Shown here: positions 44,089 through 53,382 of the stretch, in pieces | Layout of the letters: each line of letters begins with the position of its first letter | Numbering within the stretch: the stretch's first letter is position 1 | Origin: Clostridia bacterium | Lineage (GTDB): Bacteria > Bacillota > Clostridia > Christensenellales > CAG-138 | Reading direction: 5' to 3' | Length of the DNA: 64,000 bases | Assembly (NCBI GenBank): GCA_017438865.1 | Contig: JAFRUN010000063.1 | Coordinates: forward strand, 85,949 to 149,948 | The notes under the pieces: model-generated | The model's input: the letters and a program-made list of their open reading frames with translations, nothing else | Told to the model about the DNA's origin: nothing | Database searches by the model: none | Translations under genes and position numbers: made by a program

Positions 44089-44988
44089 TTATCTCAGTAA
44101 TTTTTCAAGCTCCGGATACGCGTCTCCGAACAGCATCAGATTGATCGCGTCGGAAAGCACGCGCGAAAGGTCGCGGATCACGGCGTCGATATCCTTCGGC
44201 GCGACGATCAGATCATTCCGCTTTCTGCCGCCGTTCGGTTCCCCGCCGTTTTCACGAACGATCGTTTCCGCGCTGACGACCGTCGGTACGCCGATCGCAA
44301 TGACGGGAACCTTCAGAAGCGAACGTGTCAGCATGGTGCGGAAGTTGCCGACGCCCGCGCCCGGTGCGATCCCGCTGTCGTTGCACTGGATCACGCAGCC
44401 GATGTGCTCTGTGCTCGAGGCGGCGAGCGAGTCGATCAGGATCACGACGTCCGGCCGGATGCGTCCGGTCAGCGCCGAAACGACCTCCGCCGTTTCCATG
44501 CCGGTCATGCCGAGCACGTTTGCGCAGAACGCGGACGTGACCGGCGTGTCTGCGGGAAGAACGTCCTGCATATGCATATGGATATGCCGCGTGACAAGCA
44601 CATACTCCGCGGTCTTTGTGCCGAGCGCGTCGGCGGTCACATACCGGTTGCCGAGCCCGACGACCATTGCGCTTTTGAGATCGGGCGACATGGCGCGAAG
44701 CTCATCCGCCAGCACGGCGGCGATCGCGCATCTTCTGTCACGGTCCATGTACGCCTCCGCCGGCGCGGAAACGGTCACATACCGGCCGACCGGCTTGTCG
44801 AGCCGCTCCGCAGCGTCCCGGTCGAGCACGTCGATGCGTGAAACAAAGATCCCGTCCTTCTCCTCCGTTTCCTCGTGTATTCCGTTGATATGATCCGCAT
44901 GCAGTTTGGATTCCACGGCAAGATCGGTTCGCATTGCATCCTCCCGGACAAAAAAACTCGGTCGATCGACCGAGTATAGTTTGCGCAT
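44089..44988 (-). CDS. gpr: GPR endopeptidase (spore germination protease)
   Basis: RTDLAVE near the N-terminus, GLGN..VT.DALG and IAIGVPTVV motifs. Confidence 0.85.
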   Translation of the reverse strand: MRKLYSVDRPSFFVREDAMRTDLAVESKLHADHINGIHEETEEKDGIFVSRIDVLDRDAAERLDKPVGRYVTVSAPAEAYMDRDRRCAIAAVLADELRAMSPDLKSAMVVGLGNRYVTADALGTKTAEYVLVTRHIHMHMQDVLPADTPVTSAFCANVLGMTGMETAEVVSALTGRIRPDVVILIDSLAASSTEHIGCVIQCNDSGIAPGAGVGNFRTMLTRSLLKVPVIAIGVPTVVSAETIVRENGGEPNGGRKRNDLIVAPKDIDAVIRDLSRVLSDAINLMLFGDAYPELEKLLR

Positions 44989-44991
44989 CCT

Positions 44992-46464
44992 TCAGAGCAT
45001 AATGCAGATCATTCCGCTGCAGCCGTCGTTCGCGATCTTCTGCAGCGCGCCGTGGAGCTTCAGCTGCACCTGTTCGTTCATGTTCGATCCCTTGCCCTGC
45101 ATGCCCTCGGAGATCAGCTCGTACAGCGATTTGCCGAACAGATTCGTCTTCAGGTAATCCTCGCCTTCGCCGTTCTCCCCGAGATATTCGATCAGGTCTC
45201 TGCTCTGCTGCTCGGTGCCGATCAGCGGCTCGATGTCGTTTTCGATGTCCACGCGAATGAGATGCAGACCGCTCGCCTTCGCGTGCAGACGAACGCCGTA
45301 TTTCGATCCGTTTCTGAACAGCTCCGGTTCGGAGATCTCGATCTTCTCCGGATCGGGCTCCACGATCCCGTAGCCGGTCGACATCGCCCGGTTCAGCGCC
45401 GCGGACAGCCGGTCGTACGCTTTTTTTGCCGTGACAAAGCCGTTGACGGCGGACATCAGCTCGTAGTCGTTTCGGATCTCCATGCCGCAGGCGTCGCTGA
45501 GGATCGCATAGAACACGCCCTCCTTCGGATGCAGACCGATGCACGCTCTTCCGGTGCCCAGATCGGTTCTCTGTATTTCCGCCGACTGGAAGAGCTCGAG
45601 CGCGGAAAACGCGTCGGTAATTTTCTGCACATCACGCACGCACCGAACGTCTTTGACGCCGGACGCGAGCGTCTCGATCATCTGCATCAGGACCGGATGA
45701 TCCGACGGCAGCGCGCGCAAAAATGACGGACCGTTCAGCTCGATCATCTTCAGCGGGAACGCGTACAGGATCTCGGAAAGCAGATTCGTCAGGATCCGTT
45801 CGGACAGATGCATCAGGTCGACGATCATCGGACGAACGCCGTACCGCTCCTCGATCTCGTCCGCAGCGTGCACGGCGGGATCGCCGTTCGGATCCACGGT
45901 ATTCAAAAGGATCACATACGGTTTTCCGGTCTCTTTGACCGCCTCCATGCATTTCTGCTCGGCGTCCAGATAACTTTCCCGGGCGATGTCCGTGATCGTG
46001 CCGTCCGTGAACACGACGACGCCGACGGTCGCGTGATCGGCGATCACCTTTCGCGTGCCGATCTCCGCCGCCTGCTCAAAGGGAATGTCCTCATCGAACC
46101 AGGGCGTCGTGACCATGCGCGGCGCGCCGTTTTCCTCCGAGCCGATCGCGCCGGGGACCATGAAGCCGACGCAGTCGACCAGACGCATCCGCGCGGTCGC
46201 GGTCTCGTCGAGCCGTACCTCCGCCGCCTCGTTGGGAATGAACGTCGGCTGTGTCGTCATGATCGTTTTGCCGTTCCCGCTCTGCGGAAGCTCGTCGATC
46301 AATCGCTGCCGCTGAAACTCGTTTTCGATGTTCGGAACCATCAGCAGTTCCGCGAACCGTTTGATAAACGTCGATTTACCGGTGCGCACCGGTCCGATCA
46401 CGCCGAAATAGATATCGCCCTGCGTGCGTTCCATCATATCCCGATAAAGAACCGATCTGTCCAT
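44992..46464 (-). CDS. spoIVA: Stage IV sporulation protein A
   Basis: IYFGVIGPVRTGKSTFIKRF Walker A. 490 aa with the conserved C-terminal LHGALQKI..DG.GG region. Confidence 0.92.
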   Translation of the reverse strand: MDRSVLYRDMMERTQGDIYFGVIGPVRTGKSTFIKRFAELLMVPNIENEFQRQRLIDELPQSGNGKTIMTTQPTFIPNEAAEVRLDETATARMRLVDCVGFMVPGAIGSEENGAPRMVTTPWFDEDIPFEQAAEIGTRKVIADHATVGVVVFTDGTITDIARESYLDAEQKCMEAVKETGKPYVILLNTVDPNGDPAVHAADEIEERYGVRPMIVDLMHLSERILTNLLSEILYAFPLKMIELNGPSFLRALPSDHPVLMQMIETLASGVKDVRCVRDVQKITDAFSALELFQSAEIQRTDLGTGRACIGLHPKEGVFYAILSDACGMEIRNDYELMSAVNGFVTAKKAYDRLSAALNRAMSTGYGIVEPDPEKIEISEPELFRNGSKYGVRLHAKASGLHLIRVDIENDIEPLIGTEQQSRDLIEYLGENGEGEDYLKTNLFGKSLYELISEGMQGKGSNMNEQVQLKLHGALQKIANDGCSGMICIML

Positions 46465-46568
46465 AGAAACCTCCCGATCTCCGTTTGGTTTACCTTATGC
46501 GCGCGCAATTCGTCATATTCTTTTTTTCTGATATGGACAAAGACAGGCGAATCATGTAAGATAGAGCT

Positions 46569-48314
46569 ATGAACAAGATCAAACGCTTTGCGCGGTACTA
46601 CAAGCCGCATATCGGACTGTTTCTTCTGGACATCGGCTGCGCGACGCTGGTCGCGGCGGTCGACGTCACTTTTCCGCTGCTGACGAATTTCCTGCTGAAA
46701 AAGCTGTTCCCCGAGATCGAGCAGACAGGCGCACACAATCTGATCGTACTGTTCGCGATCCTGATCGCGGCGATCTTCGCCGCCTATATCGTCCGGGCGA
46801 TCATGCTCTATATCGTCAATTACTGGGGACACCTGTTCGGCGTGCGCGTGGAGGCGGATATGCGCCGCGACATCTTTTCACACATCCAGACGCTTCCGTT
46901 CAGCTTCTATGACAGGATCCGCACCGGAAAACTCCTTTCCCGCGCGACGACCGACCTGTTTGAGATCTCCGAGCTTGCGCACCACGGTCCCGAGGACCTT
47001 CTGATCTCTTCGCTCACCGTGCTCGGCGCGTTCGTCGCCATGTTTTTCATCGAATGGCGCATCGCGCTCGCCATGCTGTTCATTATGCCGTTCTGCATCT
47101 TCTTCGTGATGAAAGCGCGGTTTTCGATGAAATCGACGAGCAAGGCGGTCAAGGAGCAGGTTGCGAACATCAACGCCGGCATCGAGTCCTCCATCTCCGG
47201 CGCGCGCGTTGCAAAGGCGTTTGCGAACGAGGACTACGAGATCGAAAAGTTTGAAGAAGGCAACAACGCGTTCCTGCATGCCAAGAACCGTTTCTACCGG
47301 ACGATGGCGATCTTTAACAGCGGCACGGAATTCTTCATCGCGCTGTTCAATATTGTCGTGCTCCTCACAGGAGGCGTTCTGATCATCAAAAAAGCCGGTT
47401 TCAGCTCCCTGACATTCATTACCTTCATGCTCTATGTATCGGCGTTTACATCGCCTCTGAAGCGCTTTGCGAGCTTCTTTGAGCAGTATATGATGGGCAT
47501 GGCGGGCTTCACGAGGTTTCTGGAGATCCTGGACACGAAAAGCGACATCGTCGACCGCGAAAACGCGATCGAGGTCCGGAGCGTAAAGGGCAAGATCGAG
47601 TTCCGGGACGTCGGTTTTCACTACGACGGCGGACGGCAGGTCCTCGATCACGTCAACCTCACGATCGAACCCGGAAAAAAGCTCGCGCTCGTCGGCCCTT
47701 CCGGCGGCGGCAAAACGACGATGTGCCATCTGTTGATGCGTTTCTATGACGTCAAAGAAGGCGCGATCCTGGTCGACGGCGTCGATATCCGCGACGTCAC
47801 GCAGGAATCGCTGCGGCGCAATATCGGCATCGTGCAGCAGGACGTGTTTCTGTTCGCGGGCTCCATCCTTGAAAACATCCGCTACGGACGCCTGGACGCA
47901 ACCGACGAAGAGGTCGTGCAGGCGGCGATCCGCGCGCACATCCACGACGAGATCATGCGCTTCCCGGATCAGTATCAGACCGAGGTCGGCGAGCGCGGCG
48001 TGAAGCTCTCCGGCGGACAGAAGCAACGCATCTCCGTTGCGCGGCTGTTCCTGAAGAACCCGCCGATCCTGATCCTCGACGAGGCAACCTCCGCGCTCGA
48101 TACCGTCACGGAATACGATATCCAGAAGAGCTTCGACGAACTTGCCGAGGGGCGCACTACGCTGATCATCGCGCACCGCCTTTCCACCGTGCGCAACGCC
48201 GACGAGATCATTGTGATCGACAAAAGCGGTATTCGCGAGCGCGGTTCGCACGACGAACTGATCGTGCAGAACGGGCTGTATGCGACGTTTTATCAGACCA
48301 CCCTGCGCGACTGA
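46569..48314 (+). CDS. ABC exporter, fused permease/ATPase (MsbA/multidrug type)
   Basis: Six-TM N-terminal domain. Walker A GPSGGGKTT, signature LSGGQKQR, Walker B LILDEATSALD. Confidence 0.9.
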   Translation: MNKIKRFARYYKPHIGLFLLDIGCATLVAAVDVTFPLLTNFLLKKLFPEIEQTGAHNLIVLFAILIAAIFAAYIVRAIMLYIVNYWGHLFGVRVEADMRRDIFSHIQTLPFSFYDRIRTGKLLSRATTDLFEISELAHHGPEDLLISSLTVLGAFVAMFFIEWRIALAMLFIMPFCIFFVMKARFSMKSTSKAVKEQVANINAGIESSISGARVAKAFANEDYEIEKFEEGNNAFLHAKNRFYRTMAIFNSGTEFFIALFNIVVLLTGGVLIIKKAGFSSLTFITFMLYVSAFTSPLKRFASFFEQYMMGMAGFTRFLEILDTKSDIVDRENAIEVRSVKGKIEFRDVGFHYDGGRQVLDHVNLTIEPGKKLALVGPSGGGKTTMCHLLMRFYDVKEGAILVDGVDIRDVTQESLRRNIGIVQQDVFLFAGSILENIRYGRLDATDEEVVQAAIRAHIHDEIMRFPDQYQTEVGERGVKLSGGQKQRISVARLFLKNPPILILDEATSALDTVTEYDIQKSFDELAEGRTTLIIAHRLSTVRNADEIIVIDKSGIRERGSHDELIVQNGLYATFYQTTLRD

Positions 48315-48358
48315 TTCCGAAAAACGATACGAAAATATTGATAAACGATAAATTAATA

Positions 48359-48386
48359 TTGACAATCGAATATTCTGTGGTACAAT
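48359..48386 (+). promoter_or_regulatory. Sigma-A-like promoter for the DUF2975/HTH pair
   Basis: TTGACA (48359-48364), 16 nt spacer, TGgTACAAT (TACAAT 48381-48386). AATATTGA repeated at 48334 and 48355, and palindrome GAATATTC at 48368. Confidence 0.6.
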
Positions 48387-48405
48387 ATGGGAAAAGGAGG
48401 TTCGT

Positions 48406-48849
48406 ATGAAACGCTTTTCCCTGTTTCTTTCCTACGCATTCTGCGTCGTCGGCTTTCTCGCCGTGCTCGGGATGTGCGTTGCTTTCCCGATCGTCGGGGT
48501 CCGTTTTCTTGCAACGGTCCCAGGCGCGGAGCGGTTTGCGTTCGTCATCTATCTGCTGACCTATTTGATCTTCACGCTTGTGCTCGTTGCCGACGCCTGC
48601 CTCGTTCGCCTGCTGATCGGCATCCGTAAAAACCGCTTCTTCAACGAAAAGAGCGTCCGTCTGCTGCTGAATATCTCGTGGGCGGCAATCTTTGCGGGAT
48701 TCCTTGCGATCCCTCTGTTCTTCCTCTTTATCCGGGAGGCGCTTTTCATCTCGTTTGTTGCGCTGTTTATGGGCGTGGTCCTGCGTGTGGTCGCACAGGT
48801 CATCCGCAAGGCGAACGAGATCAAGGAAGAAAACGACGCAACGATCTGA
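48406..48849 (+). CDS. DUF2975-like membrane protein
   Basis: 147 aa with four hydrophobic segments. Directly precedes a YozG-type HTH gene, the usual DUF2975 context. RBS AAGGAGG. Confidence 0.6.
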   Translation: MKRFSLFLSYAFCVVGFLAVLGMCVAFPIVGVRFLATVPGAERFAFVIYLLTYLIFTLVLVADACLVRLLIGIRKNRFFNEKSVRLLLNISWAAIFAGFLAIPLFFLFIREALFISFVALFMGVVLRVVAQVIRKANEIKEENDATI

Positions 48850-48857
48850 GGTGCCCC

Positions 48858-49067
48858 ATGATTACCGTAAATCTTGACGTTATGATGGCAAAGCGCAAAA
48901 TGTCGCTGAACACGCTTTCCGATAAGGTCGGCATCACGCTGGCGAACCTTTCGATCCTGAAAAACAACAAGGCGAAGGCGATCCGCTTCTCCACGCTCGA
49001 CGCGATCTGCAAGGCGCTGAACTGCGAGGTAAGCGATATTCTGACCTTCGAGAATGATCCCAAATGA
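48858..49067 (+). CDS. Small Cro/C1-type HTH transcriptional regulator (YozG-like)
   Basis: 69 aa. LDVMMAKRKMSLNTLSDKVGITLANLSILKNNKAKAIRFSTLDAICKAL is a typical XRE HTH. Confidence 0.8.
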   Translation: MITVNLDVMMAKRKMSLNTLSDKVGITLANLSILKNNKAKAIRFSTLDAICKALNCEVSDILTFENDPK

Positions 49068-50620
49068 GGTGCATGATGGAACAAGAAATGATCATACTGC
49101 CGGAGCAAAGGGCCACGAAATCGCGCGCGGCGCATTACTGCCTTGCGATCCTTCTGCTCGCGATTGTTTACCTGCATTTATACGGACTGGTTTCCTCAGA
49201 CGCGCAGATCAGCTGCCTGATCCTGATGATCAGCGACGTGCTTTTGTTTGCCGTCACGCTCGTCTGCGCCCTGCTTCTGGGCGCGAAGCCGAACCTGCTT
49301 GCGATCCTGTCGCTGCTGCTCGGCGTCGTTTCCGGCTTGTGCGCGTATCTCAACGGCGCTTTTTACGACACACAGGTCATCTACTTCTTTGTCCTGATCC
49401 TGTCGTACGGTCTGTTCGTGCTTGCGCTGTTCGATAACCATTCGCGCTCGTTTTCCGGCTTTGCGTTCTTCCTCGATGCGATCAAGGCGGTGTTTGTCTA
49501 TCCGTTTATCTCTTTCGCTTCGATCTTCACGCTCATCTTTCACAGACGCAAAACCCGTTCCAAAGAAACGGTCAAAAAGATCCTGTCCGTCGTCATCGGC
49601 GTCGGCGCGGCGGTCGTTCTCGGCGCTGCGGTCATACTGATCCTTTCCTACGATCCGAAATTCCGCGATCTGTTCCGCATCGAGATCGAATGGGACGATC
49701 TGCCGATCATCATTCTGCGCGTTCTTCTGACCGTTCCGGTCGGCGCGCTGATCTACGGCGCGTTCCGCTCGTCCGAGAACAAACGGCTTCCGAATATGTC
49801 GACGAAAGAGACCGCCGAAACGCTGCGCGAAAAGATCAGGCGCGTGCCGCCGGTCGTGTTCCTGATCCCGACCGTCACGCTGCTCGTCATCTACGGGCTG
49901 TTCTTCTTCACGCAATGGGACGTCTATATGAGCGCGTTCTCCGGCGTGCTCCCCGTCTCCTACACATACGCGGAATACGCGCGGTCCGGCTTCTTTGAAC
50001 TCTGTGTGGTCGCGTTTATCAACGCCGCGTTCTCAGCCGCATATCAAGTATTTGCGAAGGATACGCTGACGGTGCTCCGGAAGATCGCGAACACGCTTCT
50101 CGCGCTTGCGACGCTTGTGCTGATCGTGACGGCGCTGTCCAAGATGATCCTGTATATCAGGAGTTACGATCTTACGGTCCTTCGTCTGTTCACCTCGGTC
50201 GTGATGATCGTGATCGCGATCGGGTTCCTGCTTTCGATCCTTGCGCAATGGATCAGACGCGTCAGAGTCTTCCCCGTTCTTCTGACCGTCGTCGCCGCGC
50301 TTCTGCTGATCGCGCCGTTTCTGAACGTTCGCGGGCGGATCGCAAAATACAACGTCGACGCCTATATCGCGCGCGCAGAACAGCAGGTCAAACCCAACAA
50401 AATCGATCTTTACTACCTTATGTTTGAGCTTGACGACGCGGGCGTACCCGACGCGATCCGGCTTTTTGAATCCGGAAAGCTCTCGGAAAGCGACGTCAAG
50501 GAACTGTATGAGATCCTTGAAGAACGTTACAGGAACCTCAAAGAACTTGAACCGCGTTATCATACGCTTGCAAGCCGCCGCGCGCTGAACGCGCTTGAAC
50601 GTTTTTTTCGGAGAACCTGA
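49064..50620 (+). CDS. Large polytopic membrane protein (DUF4153/DUF4173-like)
   Basis: 518 aa with about 10 TM segments and a soluble C-terminal tail. ATGA overlap with the HTH gene. Confidence 0.6.
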   Translation: MRCMMEQEMIILPEQRATKSRAAHYCLAILLLAIVYLHLYGLVSSDAQISCLILMISDVLLFAVTLVCALLLGAKPNLLAILSLLLGVVSGLCAYLNGAFYDTQVIYFFVLILSYGLFVLALFDNHSRSFSGFAFFLDAIKAVFVYPFISFASIFTLIFHRRKTRSKETVKKILSVVIGVGAAVVLGAAVILILSYDPKFRDLFRIEIEWDDLPIIILRVLLTVPVGALIYGAFRSSENKRLPNMSTKETAETLREKIRRVPPVVFLIPTVTLLVIYGLFFFTQWDVYMSAFSGVLPVSYTYAEYARSGFFELCVVAFINAAFSAAYQVFAKDTLTVLRKIANTLLALATLVLIVTALSKMILYIRSYDLTVLRLFTSVVMIVIAIGFLLSILAQWIRRVRVFPVLLTVVAALLLIAPFLNVRGRIAKYNVDAYIARAEQQVKPNKIDLYYLMFELDDAGVPDAIRLFESGKLSESDVKELYEILEERYRNLKELEPRYHTLASRRALNALERFFRRT

Positions 50621-50623
50621 GCA

Positions 50624-51046
50624 GTGAAAAGATTCATCCTTTCTTTACTGTTGATATTTCTTTTTTCAGGTATTCTGATCGAGTGTGATTTCTCAAGGAT
50701 CTCGGATGATCTCGAATATGAAATCGTTCAGTTTTCAAACGAAATACTGTCTTCTGAATTCAGCAAATTAACGATCGGGAAAGAAGCAAACAAAGTCAAA
50801 GAAATCAATCTTGTAAACAGCAGTTCAGAGATCGTTGCAAGTCTTTCCCTGCCGAAAGCATTGATCGGTCAATTCTATGATATTCGATATGAGAACGGCG
50901 ATCTGATCTATGTGCAAACAGCTGCGATCGATGATGAAACAGGGATCATTTTCAGTAAAGATGCTTTCATCAATATGAATGGCTTCTGGAGCGTTGAACG
51001 AATCGGAAGCTGCACATACTTCTTTACGACTTTCAGAGAGAGGTAA
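50624..51046 (+). CDS. Hypothetical small secreted/anchored protein (AT-rich gene)
   Basis: GTG start and an N-terminal hydrophobic signal/anchor, FILSLLLIFLFSGILI. No family recognised. Confidence 0.45.
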   Translation: MKRFILSLLLIFLFSGILIECDFSRISDDLEYEIVQFSNEILSSEFSKLTIGKEANKVKEINLVNSSSEIVASLSLPKALIGQFYDIRYENGDLIYVQTAAIDDETGIIFSKDAFINMNGFWSVERIGSCTYFFTTFRER

Positions 51047-51050
51047 TCGG

Positions 51051-51515
51051 ATGAAGCAATATAAGATACGAATGCTCATATCGTGCTGTCTCTTGATAGC
51101 TGTACTGTGCGCATGTTCCTTTTTCCCGGAGAACATGATCGGCGGTATTCGCGGTGATTGGGACGTGAATCTCTATGGGGAGTATGATCTTGTACGCGTC
51201 AATTCGCATTGCATAGAGATTTCAAAGAAAGCCGGCGAAGGCGGGTGGCGTACAATGATACCGCGGTTTTTCGTGACCGGATTCAGTATTCGGGAACCCT
51301 ATATCCTGCTTGAAGGGATTCAGACCGCAGACGATTTTATGACCGATCATGAAAAGGAAGCGCGTATCCTTTGCTATTATGCGCTCGATACGACGGATGA
51401 CAGCGTGATCGGTCCGTTTGATACCGCCGACGAATTATCAAAAGCGTTGGATCTTTCCTGGATCGACTGGACGCCGGTCACCGATCCGCCGGATCTGCCG
51501 AACGTGCATTTTTGA
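51051..51515 (+). CDS. Hypothetical lipoprotein
   Basis: ATG at 51051. Signal peptide with lipobox-like LIAVLCAC. 154 aa, no family recognised. Confidence 0.5.
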   Translation: MKQYKIRMLISCCLLIAVLCACSFFPENMIGGIRGDWDVNLYGEYDLVRVNSHCIEISKKAGEGGWRTMIPRFFVTGFSIREPYILLEGIQTADDFMTDHEKEARILCYYALDTTDDSVIGPFDTADELSKALDLSWIDWTPVTDPPDLPNVHF

Positions 51516-51520
51516 TTGTA

Positions 51521-51547
51521 AAAAGCGCTCCCGTTCGGAGCGTTTTT
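51521..51547. terminator. Bidirectional terminator
   Basis: AAAAG CGCTCC cgttc GGAGCG TTTTT, between convergent genes. Confidence 0.75.
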
Positions 51548-51560
51548 CGTTCACATTCGA

Positions 51561-52061
51561 TTATACCTTGCTCTCGTCGAAGTCGATCAGGATCGAATCG
51601 CGCTTCGGCACGAGCTTTCTCAACCGCACGCCCGCAGCGTTGAACAGGCGCTTGCTGGCGCGGTTCATCGGCGTGTTGTTGTACTTGTCGGACAGAAACA
51701 CGACTTCTTTGATGCCGCATTGGATGATCGCCTTCGCGCACTCGTTGCACGGGAACAGCGCGACATAGATGCGGCAGCCCTGCAAGGATGCGCCGTCGTT
51801 GTTCAGGATCGCGTTCAGCTCGGCGTGACAGACGTACGGATACTTCGTATCGTACGGCTCGCCCTCGCGGTCCCACGGAAATTCGTCGTCGCTGCAGCCG
51901 ATCGGAAAGCCGTTATATCCGACCGACATGATCTTATTGTTCTCGTTGACGATGCACGCACCGACCTGCGTGTTCGGGTCCTTGCTGCGGTACGACGACA
52001 GCAGTGAAAGTCCCATAAAATATTCGTCCCAGGAAAGATAATCCGTGCGTTTGCTGATCAT
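51561..52061 (-). CDS. Deoxycytidylate (dCMP) deaminase
   Basis: Zinc motifs CHAELNAI and [10 protein letters not shown]-terminal WDEYFM typical of dCMP deaminase/ComEB. Confidence 0.88.
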   Translation of the reverse strand: MISKRTDYLSWDEYFMGLSLLSSYRSKDPNTQVGACIVNENNKIMSVGYNGFPIGCSDDEFPWDREGEPYDTKYPYVCHAELNAILNNDGASLQGCRIYVALFPCNECAKAIIQCGIKEVVFLSDKYNNTPMNRASKRLFNAAGVRLRKLVPKRDSILIDFDESKV

Positions 52062-52076
52062 TTTTGTACCCCCGAT

Positions 52077-52613
52077 TTAAACTGTTTCCATGGTTTCCGG
52101 CTCCGAAAGCGGCAGCGACGGAAGCTCCGAAAGATTATGTAAGCCGAACTTATGAAGAAATGTGTCGGTCGTGGCGTACAGCATCGGCTTGCCGATGACG
52201 TCCTTCCTGCCGACGGCGGCGATCAGGCCGAGCTTTATGAGCTGTCCGATCGCGTACTCGCAGCGGACGCCGCGGACGGATTCGATCTCCGCACGCGTGA
52301 CCGGCTGTTTATAGGCAATGACGGCGAGCGTTTCAAGGATCGACTGCGAAACGTTCCTTGTCTGTTCCGGCTGCAAAAGCGCCTCGACATACTGAATATA
52401 CGCGCGGTTGGAAACGAGCTGCGCCGTGTCGTCGGTCGCCAGAAGGCAGATGCCCCTGCCCTCGTCGCGGTACGTCGTTTCCATCTCAAAGAGCAGCGTT
52501 TTTACCGACGCTTCGTCCTGTTCGAGCACGCGCGCGATCTCGGTAATCAGCACCGGTTCGCCCGCCACGAACAGCATACATTCTACGATTGCCGCCTGTT
52601 TTCGATCCATCAA
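52077..52613 (-). CDS. scpB: Segregation and condensation protein B
   Basis: ECMLFVAGEPV, winged-helix repeats and C-terminal FL..FGL..L.ELP. Confidence 0.88.
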   Translation of the reverse strand: MMDRKQAAIVECMLFVAGEPVLITEIARVLEQDEASVKTLLFEMETTYRDEGRGICLLATDDTAQLVSNRAYIQYVEALLQPEQTRNVSQSILETLAVIAYKQPVTRAEIESVRGVRCEYAIGQLIKLGLIAAVGRKDVIGKPMLYATTDTFLHKFGLHNLSELPSLPLSEPETMETV

Positions 52614-53377
52614 TCCTCTACCTCGTCCATATAAACCGTTTCGCCGTCGTTCTCCGACAGCGCTTTTGCGCGAATATAAATCGGCGCAAACGTCGCACCC
52701 TGCGTGATGTGCACTTCCCCGCGCGCCAGCATTTCGAGCAGCGCCATGAACGTCACGATGCGTTCCATGCGCGTGCTCGTGTCGGTGAACAGGTCCGTAA
52801 ACCGCACGCGTCCTTCTTTCAGCCGCTTCCGGAGCACCACGACGCGGTCGCGCACCGTGAACGTGTCGGGACGCACGTTCTGCGTGCGGTCCTTCTTCTC
52901 CTCCGTTTCGTCCTCGCGGTTCAGAATATCGAGAAACGAATGATAGAGCTGATCGAGCGTCGCATTCGTAAGCTCAAACTTCTGCGGCGGCAGGATCACG
53001 TCTTCCGGAAGCCGCGTGAACGATTTTCTCGCCTCTTCAAGCCGTTCCGAAAGCGCTTCGCTCGCCTGCCTGAACGCCTTGTACTCGCGAAGCTGCCGAA
53101 GCAGCGCTTCCTTCGGATCCTCTTCCTCCTCGTCCTCCGCAGGCGGCCGCGGCAGAAGCGATCTCGATTTGATCAAAAGGAGCTGCGCCGCCACCGTCAG
53201 AAACGAGCTTGCGCGGTCCATGTCGAGATCGGAAAGGTCGTCCATGTACGCAAGGTACTGCGACGTGATCTCGGACACGAAAATGTCCTCGATATTGACC
53301 TCGGCTTTCTCGATCAGATGCAGCAGCAGGTCGAGCGGTCCCTCAAATTGTGAAAGCGATACGCGGTACTCTTCCAT
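52610..53377 (-). CDS. scpA: Segregation and condensation protein A
   Basis: FEGPLDLLLHLI motif right after the ATG at 53377. The 84 upstream codons of ORF 52610..53629 overlap the preceding gene and were rejected. Confidence 0.85.
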   Translation of the reverse strand: MEEYRVSLSQFEGPLDLLLHLIEKAEVNIEDIFVSEITSQYLAYMDDLSDLDMDRASSFLTVAAQLLLIKSRSLLPRPPAEDEEEEDPKEALLRQLREYKAFRQASEALSERLEEARKSFTRLPEDVILPPQKFELTNATLDQLYHSFLDILNREDETEEKKDRTQNVRPDTFTVRDRVVVLRKRLKEGRVRFTDLFTDTSTRMERIVTFMALLEMLARGEVHITQGATFAPIYIRAKALSENDGETVYMDEVED

Positions 53378-53382
53378 GACGT

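Noticed and set aside
46465-46568. Sigma-E promoter for spoIVA
   Set aside because: The minus strand has CATAAGGT, which loosely resembles the sigma-E -10 (CATACA-T), and ATAT-containing sequence upstream. The match and spacing are too weak to call without a matrix scan or TSS data.
46878-48365. 495-aa minus-strand ORF
   Set aside because: It is antisense to the ABC exporter gene, which has clear Walker and signature motifs. Shadow ORF.
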